Shown here: positions 12,201 to 23,976 of the stretch, piece after piece | How positions within the stretch are numbered: position 1 is the first letter of the stretch | Layout: every line of letters begins with the position of its first letter | From: Thecamonas trahens ATCC 50062 | Taxonomy: Eukaryota; Protista; Apusomonadida | Assembly: GCF_000142905.1 (NCBI RefSeq) | Contig: NW_013657651.1 | Location: 248,001 to 311,708, forward strand | Reading direction: 5' to 3' | DNA length: 63,708 nucleotides | Made by a program: the position numbers and the translations under genes | Notes under the pieces: model-generated | The model's input: only the letters and a program-made list of their open reading frames with translations | What the model was told of the DNA's origin: nothing | Databases searched by the model: none

Positions 12201-13733
12201 TATGCGCTGGACGGCGACGAGTGCATCAAGTGCGGTTCCAAGTTTGTACTTGCGCTGTACTGGCTGCTGTATCTGGGAGTCGCGCTTGGAGTTGTGGGCG
12301 TGAGTGTGTGGGTGAAGGATCCGACGGCACATGCACAGGCGATGTGGATGATGGTGCTGTTTGGCCTGGTGCGAGCGGCGAGTGCGGGGGCCGGTTCGAG
12401 GGTGCCGAGCTTTGCGCGAGCCTACTACCACTTTCTGGGACTGTTTACGCTCGATGTGGAGTTTGTTCGTGCTGGATGCACAGCGGGCGCGGCGAGCCGC
12501 AACTTTGAGTCTGTGTTCTTTGGCTCCATCGCAGCTGTGGTTGTGATGGTGAGCGTTGTGGCGGCGCTGGCGTGGGGTGCAGGCATGGCGAACGTCGGCG
12601 GCGGGCGGAGCTTCTTTGAGGCGCGGCTTGTACGGGGCGTGCTCGGGGTCAGCCTTGTGATGTACCCGCTGATGAGCAAGGTGTCGATTCAGGGGGTTGC
12701 GTGCGCGCCTGCACTTGGCTCGCTCTGGCTTGTGGCACACGCGTCGCAAGAGTGTTTTGTGGGCGTGCATGGCGTCGAGTTCCTGTTTGCCATGCTGGGC
12801 TGGGTGGTTGTCATCGGCGGTCCGGTGGCTGTGGGCATCGGGTACGTGCGGCACGGGACGGGAGTGCTCGGTGAGGAGGCGAACATGGCGCGGTTCGGCG
12901 TGCTCTACGACATTACCGACTATGAGCTCTGGCACTGGCTTGTGGTTGTGCTGGGCGGCGTGCACTTTGCGCTCGCGTTTGCCGGGTACATGCTTGTGCG
13001 GCTGCCTGTGCTTGGGTTTGTGGTGGCGGAGCTTGGGCTTTTGGGGCTTGTGGGTGTGCTGCTACATGCGCCGTTTGAGGCCAAGTGGCAGAACGTGTGG
13101 ACGCTTGCGCTTGTCTTTGCCTCGCTCTACATTGTGGTCGTCAACTTTGTGGCGGACGAGCAGCTCGGCGTGGAGTCGACGACGATTGACGTGCTCGCGT
13201 TTGTGGGAGTGGCGCTGGGCGTTTTTGCCCAGATCGGGTACCTTGTCGGTCTGTTCATGTACGCAAGGTCTCAGATGTGGGGTCTCATGTCGCTGTCACA
13301 CATCATCTCGTTCAAGCGCGGCGAGGGCGCAGAAACGGCCAAGGTGCCCAAGTCGGCACAGATGGACGGGATGGAGACAGCACCGACTGTGGCACAGGCT
13401 GTGGCCATTGTAGACGTGACCGCGAGCAACGGAGATGTGTCGAAAGCGGCGCCAGCTGCGTCGCGTGTGGTGACGGCGGCGCCGGCTCGGGCGCCCGCGC
13501 GGAACGGCGACGATGACGACGAGATCGTGTACTCTTACTCGTACTCGGAATGGAGCTACGAGGGCGAAGAGAGCCGCGGGCGGGCGGAAGAGGACGACGT
13601 GCGGGTTGCTTTTGACGAGGGCGAAGACGCAGCGGCGGCGATGACGCCTGTGCGGCTGCCCGTGGACCTCAAGGCACGAAAGCGGGTCGATCTTGTGCGA
13701 ACGAACCAGATGCTGCGCGAGATGCGGCAGTGA
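3249..13733 (+). CDS. Giant (~3,440 aa) cell-surface protein: signal peptide, Kelch repeats, 6 DDPDD repeats, 2 PSI-like domains, 13 Calx-beta/cadherin-like repeats, IPT/TIG, Cys-rich region, multi-TM domain
   Basis: ATG 3249 (MSGWTLTQTAIVALTLLAAFAHG); intron 3388-3549 (GTACGT...CTGAC...TAG) is in phase with ORF 3579. ORFs 3579, 3995, 8146 and 11475 join through -1 shifts near 4210, 8144 and 11546. Motifs: YMYGG, YIFGG and YLFGG (Kelch); CTSC...CGWC (PSI); W..PQTV.V.GVDD...DGD repeats. Confidence 0.8.
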
Positions 13734-13770
13734 GAGGTAGAGTTGACGGGGCAGCCGAAGGTGTTTATGA

Positions 13771-15298
13771 CTAGCTGTAGAACATAAAAAGGTCCGACTC
13801 GTCCTTGCGGACGCACTTTTCGTATGCCTGCTCAAAGTTCTGCGAGGTGACGATGAAGGAGTTGCCGCGGACGGCGAGGAGGCCGGCCTCTGCGCAGATG
13901 GCAGCGATCTGCGAGCCGGAGAGGCCGTCTGAGCGGTTGACGTACTCCTCGAGGTCGACGTCGTCGGCGAGGTTCATCTTTGCGGTGCAGACCTGGAAGA
14001 TGAGGCGCTTCTGGCGGCGGTCCGGGGCGGGAAGGCGATCTTGCGGTCGAGGCGGCCCGGGCGGAGGAGGGCGGGGTCGAGGGTATCGGGCCGGTTTGTG
14101 GCCATGATGACCTTGACGTTGACAGAGACGTCAAAGCCGTCCATCTGGTTAAGGAGCTCGAGCAGAATGCGCTGGACCTCACGGTCGGCACCGGTCTGGG
14201 CGTCGAAGCGCTTGGTGGCGATGGCGTCGATCTCATCGATAAAGATGATGGCGGGCGCGTTTTCGCGGGCGAGGCGGAAGACGTCGCGGACCATGCGCGG
14301 GCCCTCGCCGAGGTACTTTTGGACAAACTCGGAGCCGACGACGCGGATAAAGGCGGCGTCGGTGTGGTGTGCGACGGCCTTGGCGAGCATGGTCTTGCCG
14401 GTGCCCGGCGGGCCGTGGAGCAGGACGCCGCGCGGCGGGTCGATACCGATCTGGGCGTAGAGGTCGTGGTGGGTGAGCGGGAGCTCAACAGCTTCGCGGA
14501 TTTCCTGCTTCTGGACGTCAGCACCGCCAATGTCCGAGTACTTGACGTTGGGCTTCTCGCCCTGGCCCATGAGGGTGATGGACGAGTCGGCCTCGGGCGG
14601 GAGGACGTCGACGAGGGCGTTCGAGTAGCGGTGAAGAGCAACGGTGGACGAGGGCTTGAGAAGCTCGCGGTCGATGGTCGAGAGGATGCGGACGTAGTAG
14701 GTTGATCCGGTGGTGGCGGAGACAATGCCGGTGTGCTCGTCGATCATCTCCATAAACTGACCAATGGTGAGCGGGACCGACTGAATGCGCTTGACCTCCT
14801 CCTTGGCCCGCAGGTACTCCCTCTTGAGGTTCTTCTGCTCGTACTTGATGTACTCTTCCTGGATCTCAATAAACTGCAGCTCCCGCTCCAGCTCCTTCAT
14901 CCGCTCGTACATGTCGTCGGTCGACATCTCCTTGACGTCCACCGTCTTGGCCGGTGCATGGGGTGGGTTCTATGCGGGGAAGGGGGAGGGTGAGGGGAGG
15001 GAGGAACGGAGGGGGGATGTATGTACATGGATGCATGTGTGTGCGTGGGGACTTGTAGGTGACCGTGGGTGGGTGGGTGGGTGGGTGGGTGGGGGTGGCT
15101 ATGCATGGCTGTGTGTGTGTGGGGGGGGGGGGGGTTGGTCGAAGGAAAAACAGGTCGGGTCGCGTTCGCGCCTTGGGAGACAGCGACATGGAACAGGACA
15201 GGGAGAGGGAGAGGGGGGGGGGGGAATGGGGATGGGGTTAAGAGAGAGGGAGGAGGGCGTACTGTCACAGGCAGCGGGGCGGATGCGGCTGCACTCAT
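13771..15298 (-). CDS. RPT3: 26S proteasome regulatory AAA-ATPase subunit Rpt3 (PSMC4)
   Basis: Exon 1 15263-15298 ([12 protein letters not shown]); intron 14970-15262 (GTACGC...CATAG). Motifs [31 protein letters not shown] 1-nt frameshift near 14024-14031 joins to [10 protein letters not shown]...[13 protein letters not shown]...FYS (C-terminal HbYX). Confidence 0.95.
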
Positions 15299-15539
15299 GG
15301 TGGTGACTCCTGGGTGAGGTGTGCTGGTGAGAAGGTGATGGTGATGGTGCGGGTGGGGCAGTAGCTGGCGGTGGCTGGAGGTGGCTGGCGGTGGCTGGCG
15401 GTGGCTGGCTTGGCTGCTGGCGTGGGTGGGGTTGGTCGACTGATTGATTCGGGCAGCTCGAGTGAGGTCGAGGTTGAGTTGCAAGGAGGATTTGATGTGT
15501 AGTAGTACAGTGGTCGGTTGGGTAACGAGGTGGCCTGGT

Positions 15540-17483
15540 CTAGTACCAGTCGGAGCATGCCCACTCCGAGTCGGCGCCGGTGATGCCGCCAGAGTCGCTG
15601 GTGCGGTCCGAGTCGGCTTCTGAATCCGAGTCGACGATGCCGAAGCGTCGGTCGATGAGGGCGCGGGAGAGCGCGCCTACAAACGAATTGTCTTGTGCAG
15701 CAGCCTTGGCCTTGGCCTTTTGCCGCGCAGAGGGCGAGACCTTGCGGAGCGAGGCAATGCCCTCGTGGGCGACAATCGAAGCCATGATCGATGCGCGGCC
15801 GGGAACTGTGGGCGTCGACGGCGCAGCCGGCGGCGGCAGGGCGGTCGGTGCGCGAGCCGTTGCTGACGACGGCAGAGGTGGTGGCGGTGGCGGCGGCGGA
15901 GCCGCAGTGTGCGTGAGTGCGGCAGGGAGCGGCGGCGGTGGCGGCGGCGGCGGCGGAGGAGGAGGGGCTAGCGGGGCGGCAGCGGTAGCGGTAGCACCGA
16001 AAGGCGGCGTGCCCGAGCGAGCGATGGGCGAGGCTGACGGTGAGCGCGGCTGGACCGAGCGCGAGCGTGAGCGGCGAATGCGGCGCGACGGCGAGCGCGA
16101 CGCACCACGCTTGGGCGATGCGCTCACGCCATGCTGCTCGGCAAACTCGGTGACAAAGGCCAGAGTCTCGACATCGTTCAGTTCGTCGGCAGCGACGCCC
16201 GCCGAGACAAGCACCTCGCGCCACTCGTCCGACATGCGGGCAGCAACAAAAGTCCTCGCCTGGGGATCCCAGCCGAGGCTGGAGAGCAGCACCGGATCGA
16301 TCTGGGCCATCTCGGCCAGATACGCTTCGGCCGAAATCATCGAGGTATGGAGGCAGGCGTGAGCGCCGGACGGCTCAGCACCGCGCTTGAGGCGCCCGCC
16401 AATCCGCAGTGCTTTGGTCAGGCGGCTTTGCAGTGCCGATGAGGCGACCGGTGCAATGTGACGGGTGGGATCGAGGTCCGGCGGCGGGAGCGGCACGTCG
16501 CCGCGCTTCTCAAGGAGGACAGCGACAACGTCGGCGTGCCCGCCCTCGGTGGCCAGGCTCAAAGGGGTGCGGCCCTTGACGTCGCGAGCCAACGGGCTCG
16601 CTCCGGCCTCCAGTAGCAGACAGACTGTCGAGAGGTGGCCGTTGGCGGCGGCTCCGTGCAGCGCAGTGGTGGCGTACGGGCCAACCCTGGTGGCGGGCTC
16701 GGCGCCGTGCGCCAGCAGCAGCGCTACGACCTGGGTCTGGCCAAGCAGCGCGGCAAGATACAGCGAGGTGAGGCCTGACCGCGACTGGACCTCCAGGCCG
16801 GGCCAGAGCTCGTTCTTGGCCGGTCGCGGGAGGCTACGCGCGGGGGCGGCCGCCGCCATCGGCGCCGCCATCCCGGCCGCCGCCGCCCACGCGTTGACCA
16901 CGTCCAGGGCGGCGCGCAGATTGCCACGGAGCAGCAGAACTTGGTTTCGCTTGTTCTCTACCTTGGCCATCAGCCGGGTAATGAGTGCGTCCTTGCCGGC
17001 GTGCAGCGCTTCGGACGCCGCCAGAGCCTCCGCCGGCGCGCGGGCGATCTCGGCCTCGGCGACCTCGGCCCTGCGGCGCCAGGCAAGCATCTCGTCGCGA
17101 AGCCGGGCCCGCTCTGCAGCGTCTTCGGCCATGACTGCTTCCATACGGGCAGCAGCAGCGGCAGCCTCCTTCTCGGCAGCCTCTCGCGCAGCCATAGCCT
17201 CATCGCGCTCAACCGCCGCCGCCGCTGCCGCCTCCTCGGCCTCTGCCCGCGATGCGTAGACCTTCCGCAGCGCCTTCCGCAGCTTGGCATTCTCCACAGC
17301 CAAGTCAACCTCTTTGTCTCCGCGCAGCTCCCGCAGTTTGCCAATGACCTTGTTCAGCTGGGCATTGAGCGCGTGCGCCTCCTTCAGCTCACGTGCCAGA
17401 CCGGCCGTGGTCGTCGCCGCCTTGGTCTGTCCGCCTGCCCCAGGGGGCCCTGTATTCTCGTCCGTCTTTGCCGACAACGGCAT
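15540..17483 (-). CDS. WASP-family Arp2/3 activator without WH1: coiled coil, ankyrin repeats, GBD-like region, polyproline, WH2-C-A
   Basis: Ankyrins GLTSLYLAA, TTALHGAAANGH, GRTPLSLA. GBD-like LGWDPQ...EWREVLVSAGVAADELNDVETLAFVTEF. Proline tracts. WH2 GRASIMASI...LRKV. Central helix VGALSRALIDRR. Acidic tail with Trp (DSEWACSDWY). Confidence 0.8.
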   Translation of the reverse strand: MPLSAKTDENTGPPGAGGQTKAATTTAGLARELKEAHALNAQLNKVIGKLRELRGDKEVDLAVENAKLRKALRKVYASRAEAEEAAAAAAVERDEAMAAREAAEKEAAAAAARMEAVMAEDAAERARLRDEMLAWRRRAEVAEAEIARAPAEALAASEALHAGKDALITRLMAKVENKRNQVLLLRGNLRAALDVVNAWAAAAGMAAPMAAAAPARSLPRPAKNELWPGLEVQSRSGLTSLYLAALLGQTQVVALLLAHGAEPATRVGPYATTALHGAAANGHLSTVCLLLEAGASPLARDVKGRTPLSLATEGGHADVVAVLLEKRGDVPLPPPDLDPTRHIAPVASSALQSRLTKALRIGGRLKRGAEPSGAHACLHTSMISAEAYLAEMAQIDPVLLSSLGWDPQARTFVAARMSDEWREVLVSAGVAADELNDVETLAFVTEFAEQHGVSASPKRGASRSPSRRIRRSRSRSVQPRSPSASPIARSGTPPFGATATAAAPLAPPPPPPPPPPPPLPAALTHTAAPPPPPPPPLPSSATARAPTALPPPAAPSTPTVPGRASIMASIVAHEGIASLRKVSPSARQKAKAKAAAQDNSFVGALSRALIDRRFGIVDSDSEADSDRTSDSGGITGADSEWACSDWY

Positions 17484-17922
17484 GTAAGCGGAGAGGGTAT
17501 GCGTTGGAGAGGTGGAGAGGTGGAGTGATGATGGTGGTGGTGGAGGTAGGGGTGGGGAGGGAAGGGGGGGGGGAAGGGGTGGCGGTCTTGGTTTCGCGGC
17601 GGCGCGCGGTTTGCAAAAGTTTGTAATGATTTATGTCACCGAAGGGAGAGGGGGGGGATGTGATGATGTGGTACTTGATCGGGGATAAAGGGATGGGTTT
17701 GGGGTTTGTTTGCAAGAGGAGGAGGTGGTGGTAGTGGCGGTGGGAGTGGGAGTGGGAGTGGGTGGGATCGGTGACTCGGATGTGAGTAGATGATGGGATG
17801 GCTGTGATAGCGATGAGATGATGGCTGGCGTGGTCGGCGTGTGGTTGGTTAGTCGCCGTGTGGCCAAGGCCAAACTCGTCTCGTTCGACTCGGCCACGGG
17901 TAATCTCGGTTGGCTACCTGTG

Positions 17923-19329
17923 ATGGCGAGCCCGTTAAAGGCAGCTGTAGGCGGGATGTGCGCGGGGCTGGTATTCTTTGTTGTCTTTGTCCCGCTGGCA
18001 GTCCTCGTTCATCAGGCGGTCTTCTTCCGGCCGCAGCTCGATGCCGGACTCATGGTGGGCGCCGTCTCGGAGGTGACGGCCAAGATCTGGATTCGGGTCG
18101 TCGGCGGCGAGTCTGGCGTAGTGGAGGCCCGCTGCGGGGAATGGCTCTCGGAGCAAATCGGCGTTGAGCTCGCTGAGAGCCGGCGGTGGATGACTGTGGT
18201 GGAGTTGCCGCTGGCGAGCTGCGGGTGCGCGCCCGGCGAGCGGGTGACCGTCTCCGCCGTCGTCGTCGGCAGCTCGCGGCCAGAGCCAGTTTTGCTCTCG
18301 GGATCGTTTGCCATAGCGCGCCGAGCCGAAGCCCGGCTTACTGCTGACGACGAGTTGGCGTGGGTCTTTGGCTCATGCCTCTCGCGGATGGCGCTCCCGC
18401 CGTTTGCGTCGCTCGCTGTCTTTGACCACATTGCTGCGACCGTGCCTGACGCTGCCTTTGCGCTCCTGCTCGGCGATCTGATGTACCGCGACCTCAATCG
18501 GGCATGGGTCCCGTTTCTGCATCTCGAGCCGGATGTGGCATACGAGCAGACGTGGTCCGACTCGAGCTTGCTGCGTTTTGCGGGCAAGGTCCCTGTGCTC
18601 ACCATGTTTGACGACCACGAGATCGAAAACGACTACGACCGCGGCCCGTCGCCGGATCTGGACTACGCGCTCGCTGCGTATGACGCGTGGATGGGGAGCC
18701 GAAACCCCGAGCCGGTTGCTGCCGGCTCGCGGTACTACACCTTTGCACACTCGGCTGACGTGGCGTACTTTGTGCTCGACACCCGCTCGGGTCGATCCCG
18801 CAACGACGCGCCCGACACTGCGGGCAAGACCATGCTCGGCCAGGACCAGCGAGAAGCGCTGCTGGCGTGGTTGGTGGCGAGCCACGAGGCTGGCGTTGCG
18901 TTCAAGGTCATCGGCTCGCCGGTTTCGTGGGCGCCGCACGGCGATGGGCACATGTTTGCGACCGAGACGCGCGACATTGTCGCCTTTGTCGCTGCCTCCA
19001 ACATCACCGGCGTCGTTATCCTCTCTGGCGACACCCACTGGGGCGCAGCCTATCGGCACGGCTTTGCCGAGCCGCACGTCTACGAGTGCTCGGCATCGCC
19101 GTTCCAGGCGCTCCCCTTTCCGCATCCGGACACGCTGGCGGTCGTCGAGCCAGGCATCAAGTCTGGCGACGACGACGGGTGGAGCGAGACGCTCTTCCTC
19201 TCGTCGATGTCGTTCCACTACGGAGTGGCTCGGGTCTCAGGTGCCGACAAGACGCTCACCTGCGAGATCTACGGGTTCTGGCCGTGGTCTACACCACAGA
19301 TGCTGTTCTCGTCGACGGTTGCCGTCTGA
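17923..19329 (+). CDS. phoD: PhoD-like alkaline phosphatase with N-terminal membrane anchor
   Basis: Motifs FGSC, LLGDLMYRD, FDDHEIENDY, FVLDTRSGR, KTMLGQDQ, ILSGDTH; hydrophobic N-terminal segment. Confidence 0.88.
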   Translation: MASPLKAAVGGMCAGLVFFVVFVPLAVLVHQAVFFRPQLDAGLMVGAVSEVTAKIWIRVVGGESGVVEARCGEWLSEQIGVELAESRRWMTVVELPLASCGCAPGERVTVSAVVVGSSRPEPVLLSGSFAIARRAEARLTADDELAWVFGSCLSRMALPPFASLAVFDHIAATVPDAAFALLLGDLMYRDLNRAWVPFLHLEPDVAYEQTWSDSSLLRFAGKVPVLTMFDDHEIENDYDRGPSPDLDYALAAYDAWMGSRNPEPVAAGSRYYTFAHSADVAYFVLDTRSGRSRNDAPDTAGKTMLGQDQREALLAWLVASHEAGVAFKVIGSPVSWAPHGDGHMFATETRDIVAFVAASNITGVVILSGDTHWGAAYRHGFAEPHVYECSASPFQALPFPHPDTLAVVEPGIKSGDDDGWSETLFLSSMSFHYGVARVSGADKTLTCEIYGFWPWSTPQMLFSSTVAV

Positions 19330-19362
19330 CCCAGCGGTGTACATGGGCACGTACTTGCGTGT

Positions 19363-20512
19363 TTACGGCTTGGCAGCAGCGCCAGCGCCAGCAGCACCGG
19401 CGGCGACCGCAGCGGCAGCGGTGGTGGCAGCGGCGGCTGCAGGCTCCAGAGCGCCGTCCGGAAGCGTCGGCCGCGCAGGCGTGTCGTAGTAAGCACCCAT
19501 AAAGAAGAGGAGCATGAACTGGAGGGCGACGACAAAGATGAGCAGGTAGTTGCGCTTGGAGAGCGAGCGATCGACAGGACCGAAGAACTCCTTGAGGGCG
19601 CGGACGAGAAAGACCGAGGAGAGGATGCCGGCGACGACAATGGCGCCAGTAAATGCCATCGAGCCAAAGTTGATGCCGATCAGCGAGCAGAGGACAATGT
19701 ACACGTACTTGTAACCGCCAAAGGCGACAGCGTCGAGGAACGGCAGCGGACGCGGCGAGTTGGTGAGATAGAAGCCGAGCTTGAGGACAAGGACCTCGAT
19801 GCTGAGCGCAACCAGCGCCGATGTCAAGGTGGCCCCGAGTACCTCGGGCGTGAACCGCTGCTGCACGCCCTGGACGTAAGCGCAGAGGAGGACGTATGTG
19901 ACGAGCGCCATGGACGGAATGTAAAGATCCGGCGCATTGATGTCATCCCGCGGCGGAAGGCGGCGCGGCGTGCCCTCCATGCTCACGCTGGCGTTTCTCG
20001 GCGTCCACTCCTTGAAGGCAAACGGCAGCAGCAGCCGCTTGAACTTGTTCAGCACGTACGAGTTGGAGACGGCAAAGTAGAAGCGGAGCGCCGGGAGGTC
20101 GATCCATCGGTCGATCTGGGTGGGGAGAAGGAGATGAGTTCGTGGGGGAAGAGCAGAGCAGAGAGGGGATGGAGGGGATGGAGGGGATGGAGGGGATGAT
20201 CATCATGCGTACCCGCGAGTGCATCCGTGACACTTCACCGGCGAGCATCTTGCCGCCGAGCGCCGCCGCGCCTGCCAGGGCAGGATCAGCGCCCGAGCCC
20301 AGTGCGGAGAAGGCAGCATCAAAGCCGAGGCCCGGAGCGTCGTCAGCGGCATCTTGACCAGCCATACCCATGCCCATACCCATACCCATGCCTGCTCCAG
20401 TCGGCGCCATGCGAGGAGGCCGGGCGCCCCGACTACGTGGCAAACCGATGGGGGTGCCCGGCGGCGCTGTGTCGAGGGCGTCGAACTCGTAGTTGGAGTT
20501 GGGGTCGAGCAT
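19363..20512 (-). CDS. YIF1: YIF1 ER-Golgi trafficking protein
   Basis: Intron 20116-20212 (GTACGC...CCAG, phase 0). Motifs LRFYFAVSNSYVLNK and DINAPDLYIPSMALVTYVLL, followed by about 5 TM segments. Confidence 0.92.
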
Positions 20513-20710
20513 AGGTAAATGTGTGTGTGTGGGGGGGGGGGAGGGTGTGTTTGTGGTGTGTGTTTGAGGGGGGGTGGGGGGGTGGGAGGGGGGTTATGTG
20601 TGAGGTGTGTGAGGTGTGTGCGGTGTTGTGGAAGGTGACATCGGTGGAGGGAGTGACGGTGGTTGGTTGGCCGGCAGCAGAGTGAGAGTGCCGGCGAGGC
20701 GAGCGAGACG

Positions 20711-20776
20711 GGAGCAGCCACAGCAGGGAGCAACCACAGCAGGGAGCAGCCACAGCAGGGAGCAACCACAGCAGGG
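20711..20776. repeat. 16-bp tandem repeat x4 (GGAGCA[G/A]CCACAGCAG)
   Basis: Direct reading; the G and A variants alternate. Confidence 0.8.
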
Positions 20777-20886
20777 CAGGTTGCCAGGGCCATGTTCCCC
20801 CATCCCCATCTCCATCCCCTCCACCCCAAAATCAAGGTCACATCGGGGATGTGTGACCAACAGCCACATGGGATACAATCGTCCAC

Positions 20887-21610
20887 NNNNNNNNNNNNNN
20901 NNNNNNNNNNNNNNNNNNNNNNNNNNNNNNNNNNNNNNNNNNNNNNNNNNNNNNNNNNNNNNNNNNNNNNNNNNNNNNNNNNNNNNNNNNNNNNNNNNNN
21001 NNNNNNNNNNNNNNNNNNNNNNNNNNNNNNNNNNNNNNNNNNNNNNNNNNNNNNNNNNNNNNNNNNNNNNNNNNNNNNNNNNNNNNNNNNNNNNNNNNNN
21101 NNNNNNNNNNNNNNNNNNNNNNNNNNNNNNNNNNNNNNNNNNNNNNNNNNNNNNNNNNNNNNNNNNNNNNNNNNNNNNNNNNNNNNNNNNNNNNNNNNNN
21201 NNNNNNNNNNNNNNNNNNNNNNNNNNNNNNNNNNNNNNNNNNNNNNNNNNNNNNNNNNNNNNNNNNNNNNNNNNNNNNNNNNNNNNNNNNNNNNNNNNNN
21301 NNNNNNNNNNNNNNNNNNNNNNNNNNNNNNNNNNNNNNNNNNNNNNNNNNNNNNNNNNNNNNNNNNNNNNNNNNNNNNNNNNNNNNNNNNNNNNNNNNNN
21401 NNNNNNNNNNNNNNNNNNNNNNNNNNNNNNNNNNNNNNNNNNNNNNNNNNNNNNNNNNNNNNNNNNNNNNNNNNNNNNNNNNNNNNNNNNNNNNNNNNNN
21501 NNNNNNNNNNNNNNNNNNNNNNNNNNNNNNNNNNNNNNNNNNNNNNNNNNNNNNNNNNNNNNNNNNNNNNNNNNNNNNNNNNNNNNNNNNNNNNNNNNNN
21601 NNNNNNNNNN
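20887..21610. other. Assembly gap (N run)
   Basis: Run of n bases. Confidence 1.
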
Positions 21611-21766
21611 CCCCCCCCCCTGCACGCCGTCTTGTGTGGTTTGTTGGCCATTGGCCATTGGCCATGATCCTGGACGCGACGATGCCGGCCATGTGACCAA
21701 GCCCACTTCCCCCCCCATGACGGGCACGACACCGGACTCGGTACACTCGTCTGGTCCATTCCAACT

Positions 21767-22608
21767 ATGGACGCACCTCTGTTTGGTGAGACCAAGTCCA
21801 GCTCCAAGCTGGTGTACTATGGTGTGGGCGGCATTCTGGGCATCTTCTCCACGGTAGGTGGTGTGACAGGGGGCGGGGAGGGGGGGGGGGAGGGGGGGGA
21901 GCATGTGCGACACGGGAGGACAGGGGAGGCAGGGGGAGAGGCAGGTGAGGCAGGGGGAGAGGCAGGGGGAGGCAGGGGGAGAGGCAGGGGGATTCATGGC
22001 AAGGTGGGAGGGACTGGTGTGCGGTGCAGGTGACTGTGATTGCGGCCATTGTGACGGGCGCCAAGGAGGACTTTCGGCACATCTTCTTTGCTATCACGCT
22101 CTGCCTCTACCTGGCGGTCTTTGCCGTCCTTGTCCGGTGGTACATGAAGGGCGATCTGGATCCCAAGTTCAAGAACCTGTTCATTCTCCTTACCATCGCC
22201 TGCCTCTTTGCAGGCGTCACCGCGAACCTGTACATCTGGCGCAAGCTGCCGGACGTCAAGGCTTGTAAGGGCGAGCTGTACTATGTGGAGAGCGAGACCA
22301 AGGGCTACTGCGTCCCGCTCTGCGCCAGCTCGTACCTGCTCAACACCCGCACTATGGCCTGTCAGTTTGTCAACAACTCGCTCTCCACCCACGGCGTCGA
22401 CATGATCGACTCGGGCCTCTCGCCACTGTCGCTGCCGGACGACGGTGACGCGCCGGCCGAGGCCCCGATCGAGCCTGCTCCCGCCGCGCTTGCGCCCGTC
22501 GCGGCAAAGGAGGTCGAGGCCAAGCCTGCGTCGGCGGCCGGCTCGGTCGCCTTTGGCGTGGGGCTCAAGCGCCGCAAGTCCGGCATCAGCTTCCGCAGGC
22601 AGCCGTAG
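21767..22608 (+). CDS. TMEM243: TMEM243 (DUF2678) family small membrane protein with a C-terminal extension
   Basis: MDAPLFGET...; intron 21854-22029 (GTAGGT...GCAG). IFFAITL...WYMKGDLDPKFKNL...ANLYIW matches the TMEM243 signatures PLFGET, WY..GDL.PKF and ANLY. Confidence 0.85.
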
Positions 22609-22727
22609 CAGCTCCATGACGGCGACATTACATTATCCCTCGCAGCCGAGCTACCCCAGGCGTTCGCGCTGCGCTGTATGTCTTTCATTCCTAAGCGGGC
22701 CAAGAGTGCGACAGCATAGCCCGGGAC

Positions 22728-23976
22728 TCAGGCCTCGCCAGCCAGCGCCAGCGCCTTGTTGGCCATGGCCACCACTCCCTCGTACGTCTTGTGCCCACCG
22801 ATAAAGCCCGAGGCGTGCACAAAGATGGCGCCGTCGACGCCAAGCTCGGCCTTGGCATCGAGCTCGGCGTCGCGGACACCGCGCCACGGCTCGGGCAGCG
22901 GCAGGCGCGACTGGAACGAGTCCGGCGAGATGGGCACGGCCTGGATGCGCCACGCGCCCGAGCGGTCGGTAAAGAGCGCGTACTTGACAGAGCCAGCAAT
23001 GCCACGCTCCTCCTCAAGCTCCATCAGGTGCGCCTTCCACGGGCAAGTTGTCTCCAGGAGAATGACCTCGCCCGAGGGGTGGACCGACGGCGCGGCGTCG
23101 AGCGCGGCAGCGACAATGTCGCGGGCCGGAAGCCACGAGTGGACCAGGCCCTCGAGCTTGCCCACAAAGGCCTCGGTAGTGATGGCAACGGCCTTCTCAA
23201 ACCGTGCCTGGACCGGATCGGTGTCGGGCTCGTCGGCTGGCGCCTCGAGCACCTCGTTCCACCGCGGGTTGAGCGCCGCCACCCGCGAGCCGAGATCCGT
23301 CCCGTTCGACTTGTACGCCGGCTTCAGCTCGGCAGGGTACTGGGAGATGCCGTTGTCGATGGCGTCGATGGCCTCGACAAAGTTGACATACATCTTGTTG
23401 TACACCAGCTCGAGCACGGCGTCGTCAGCAATGTCCGCCACCGAGGCCACAATCTCGCGACCAAAGTGCTTGTACACCAGCCCTGCCGATGACAGCGTAG
23501 TCTCAAAGCCCTCGCCAAAGGTGCCAGTAAAGCCACGCTGGTGGTGGTCAAACAGGTTCTTATCGGCATCGTACACCCCGCCCACGTCCACCACCACATC
23601 TGCCGTCGCCAGCACCTCGGGATCCCGCGACCGCACCACGCCCGCGCCGGCAAACTCCTTGGTCATCCTCAGGAGGCCCACTGCGAGCGCCTCATCACAA
23701 TGGAACCTACCCCCCCCTCCCGTTTACACATACCCGTTCCGCCCAGCACCAGCCCGGAGAGCATGTTGTGAGTTGGCGGCCATGCAGAGGATGGGGAGGC
23801 AGGGGGTGATCGTGATCGTGATCGTGATCATGATCATGATCTTGATCATGATCTTGTCCCTGTTCGGATCACCGTCGCCCCTCCCCCCTTCCCCCCCCCC
23901 TCCCCTCCCCCTCTTCACGCTACACTGGAGCCACCTACGAGCCAGAATGTGTTCCGATGACCTTGGTTGATGCCAT
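22728..23976 (-). CDS. MYG1: MYG1 exonuclease (UPF0160)
   Basis: Exon 1 23939-23976 and intron 23707-23938 give MASTKVIGTHSGSFHCDEALA. Motifs VVDVGGVYD, FDHHQRGF, LSSAGLVYKHFG, IDAIDNGI, FVHASGFIGG. Confidence 0.93.

Noticed and set aside
13771-14040. RPT3 as a pseudogene or a separate 68-aa gene
   Set aside because: Both sides of the single 1-nt break are highly conserved Rpt3 sequence; a base under-call is more parsimonious.
20203-21997. ORFs spanning N-gaps (also 54853-55667 and 61272-61926)
   Set aside because: Artefacts of translating through unknown bases.
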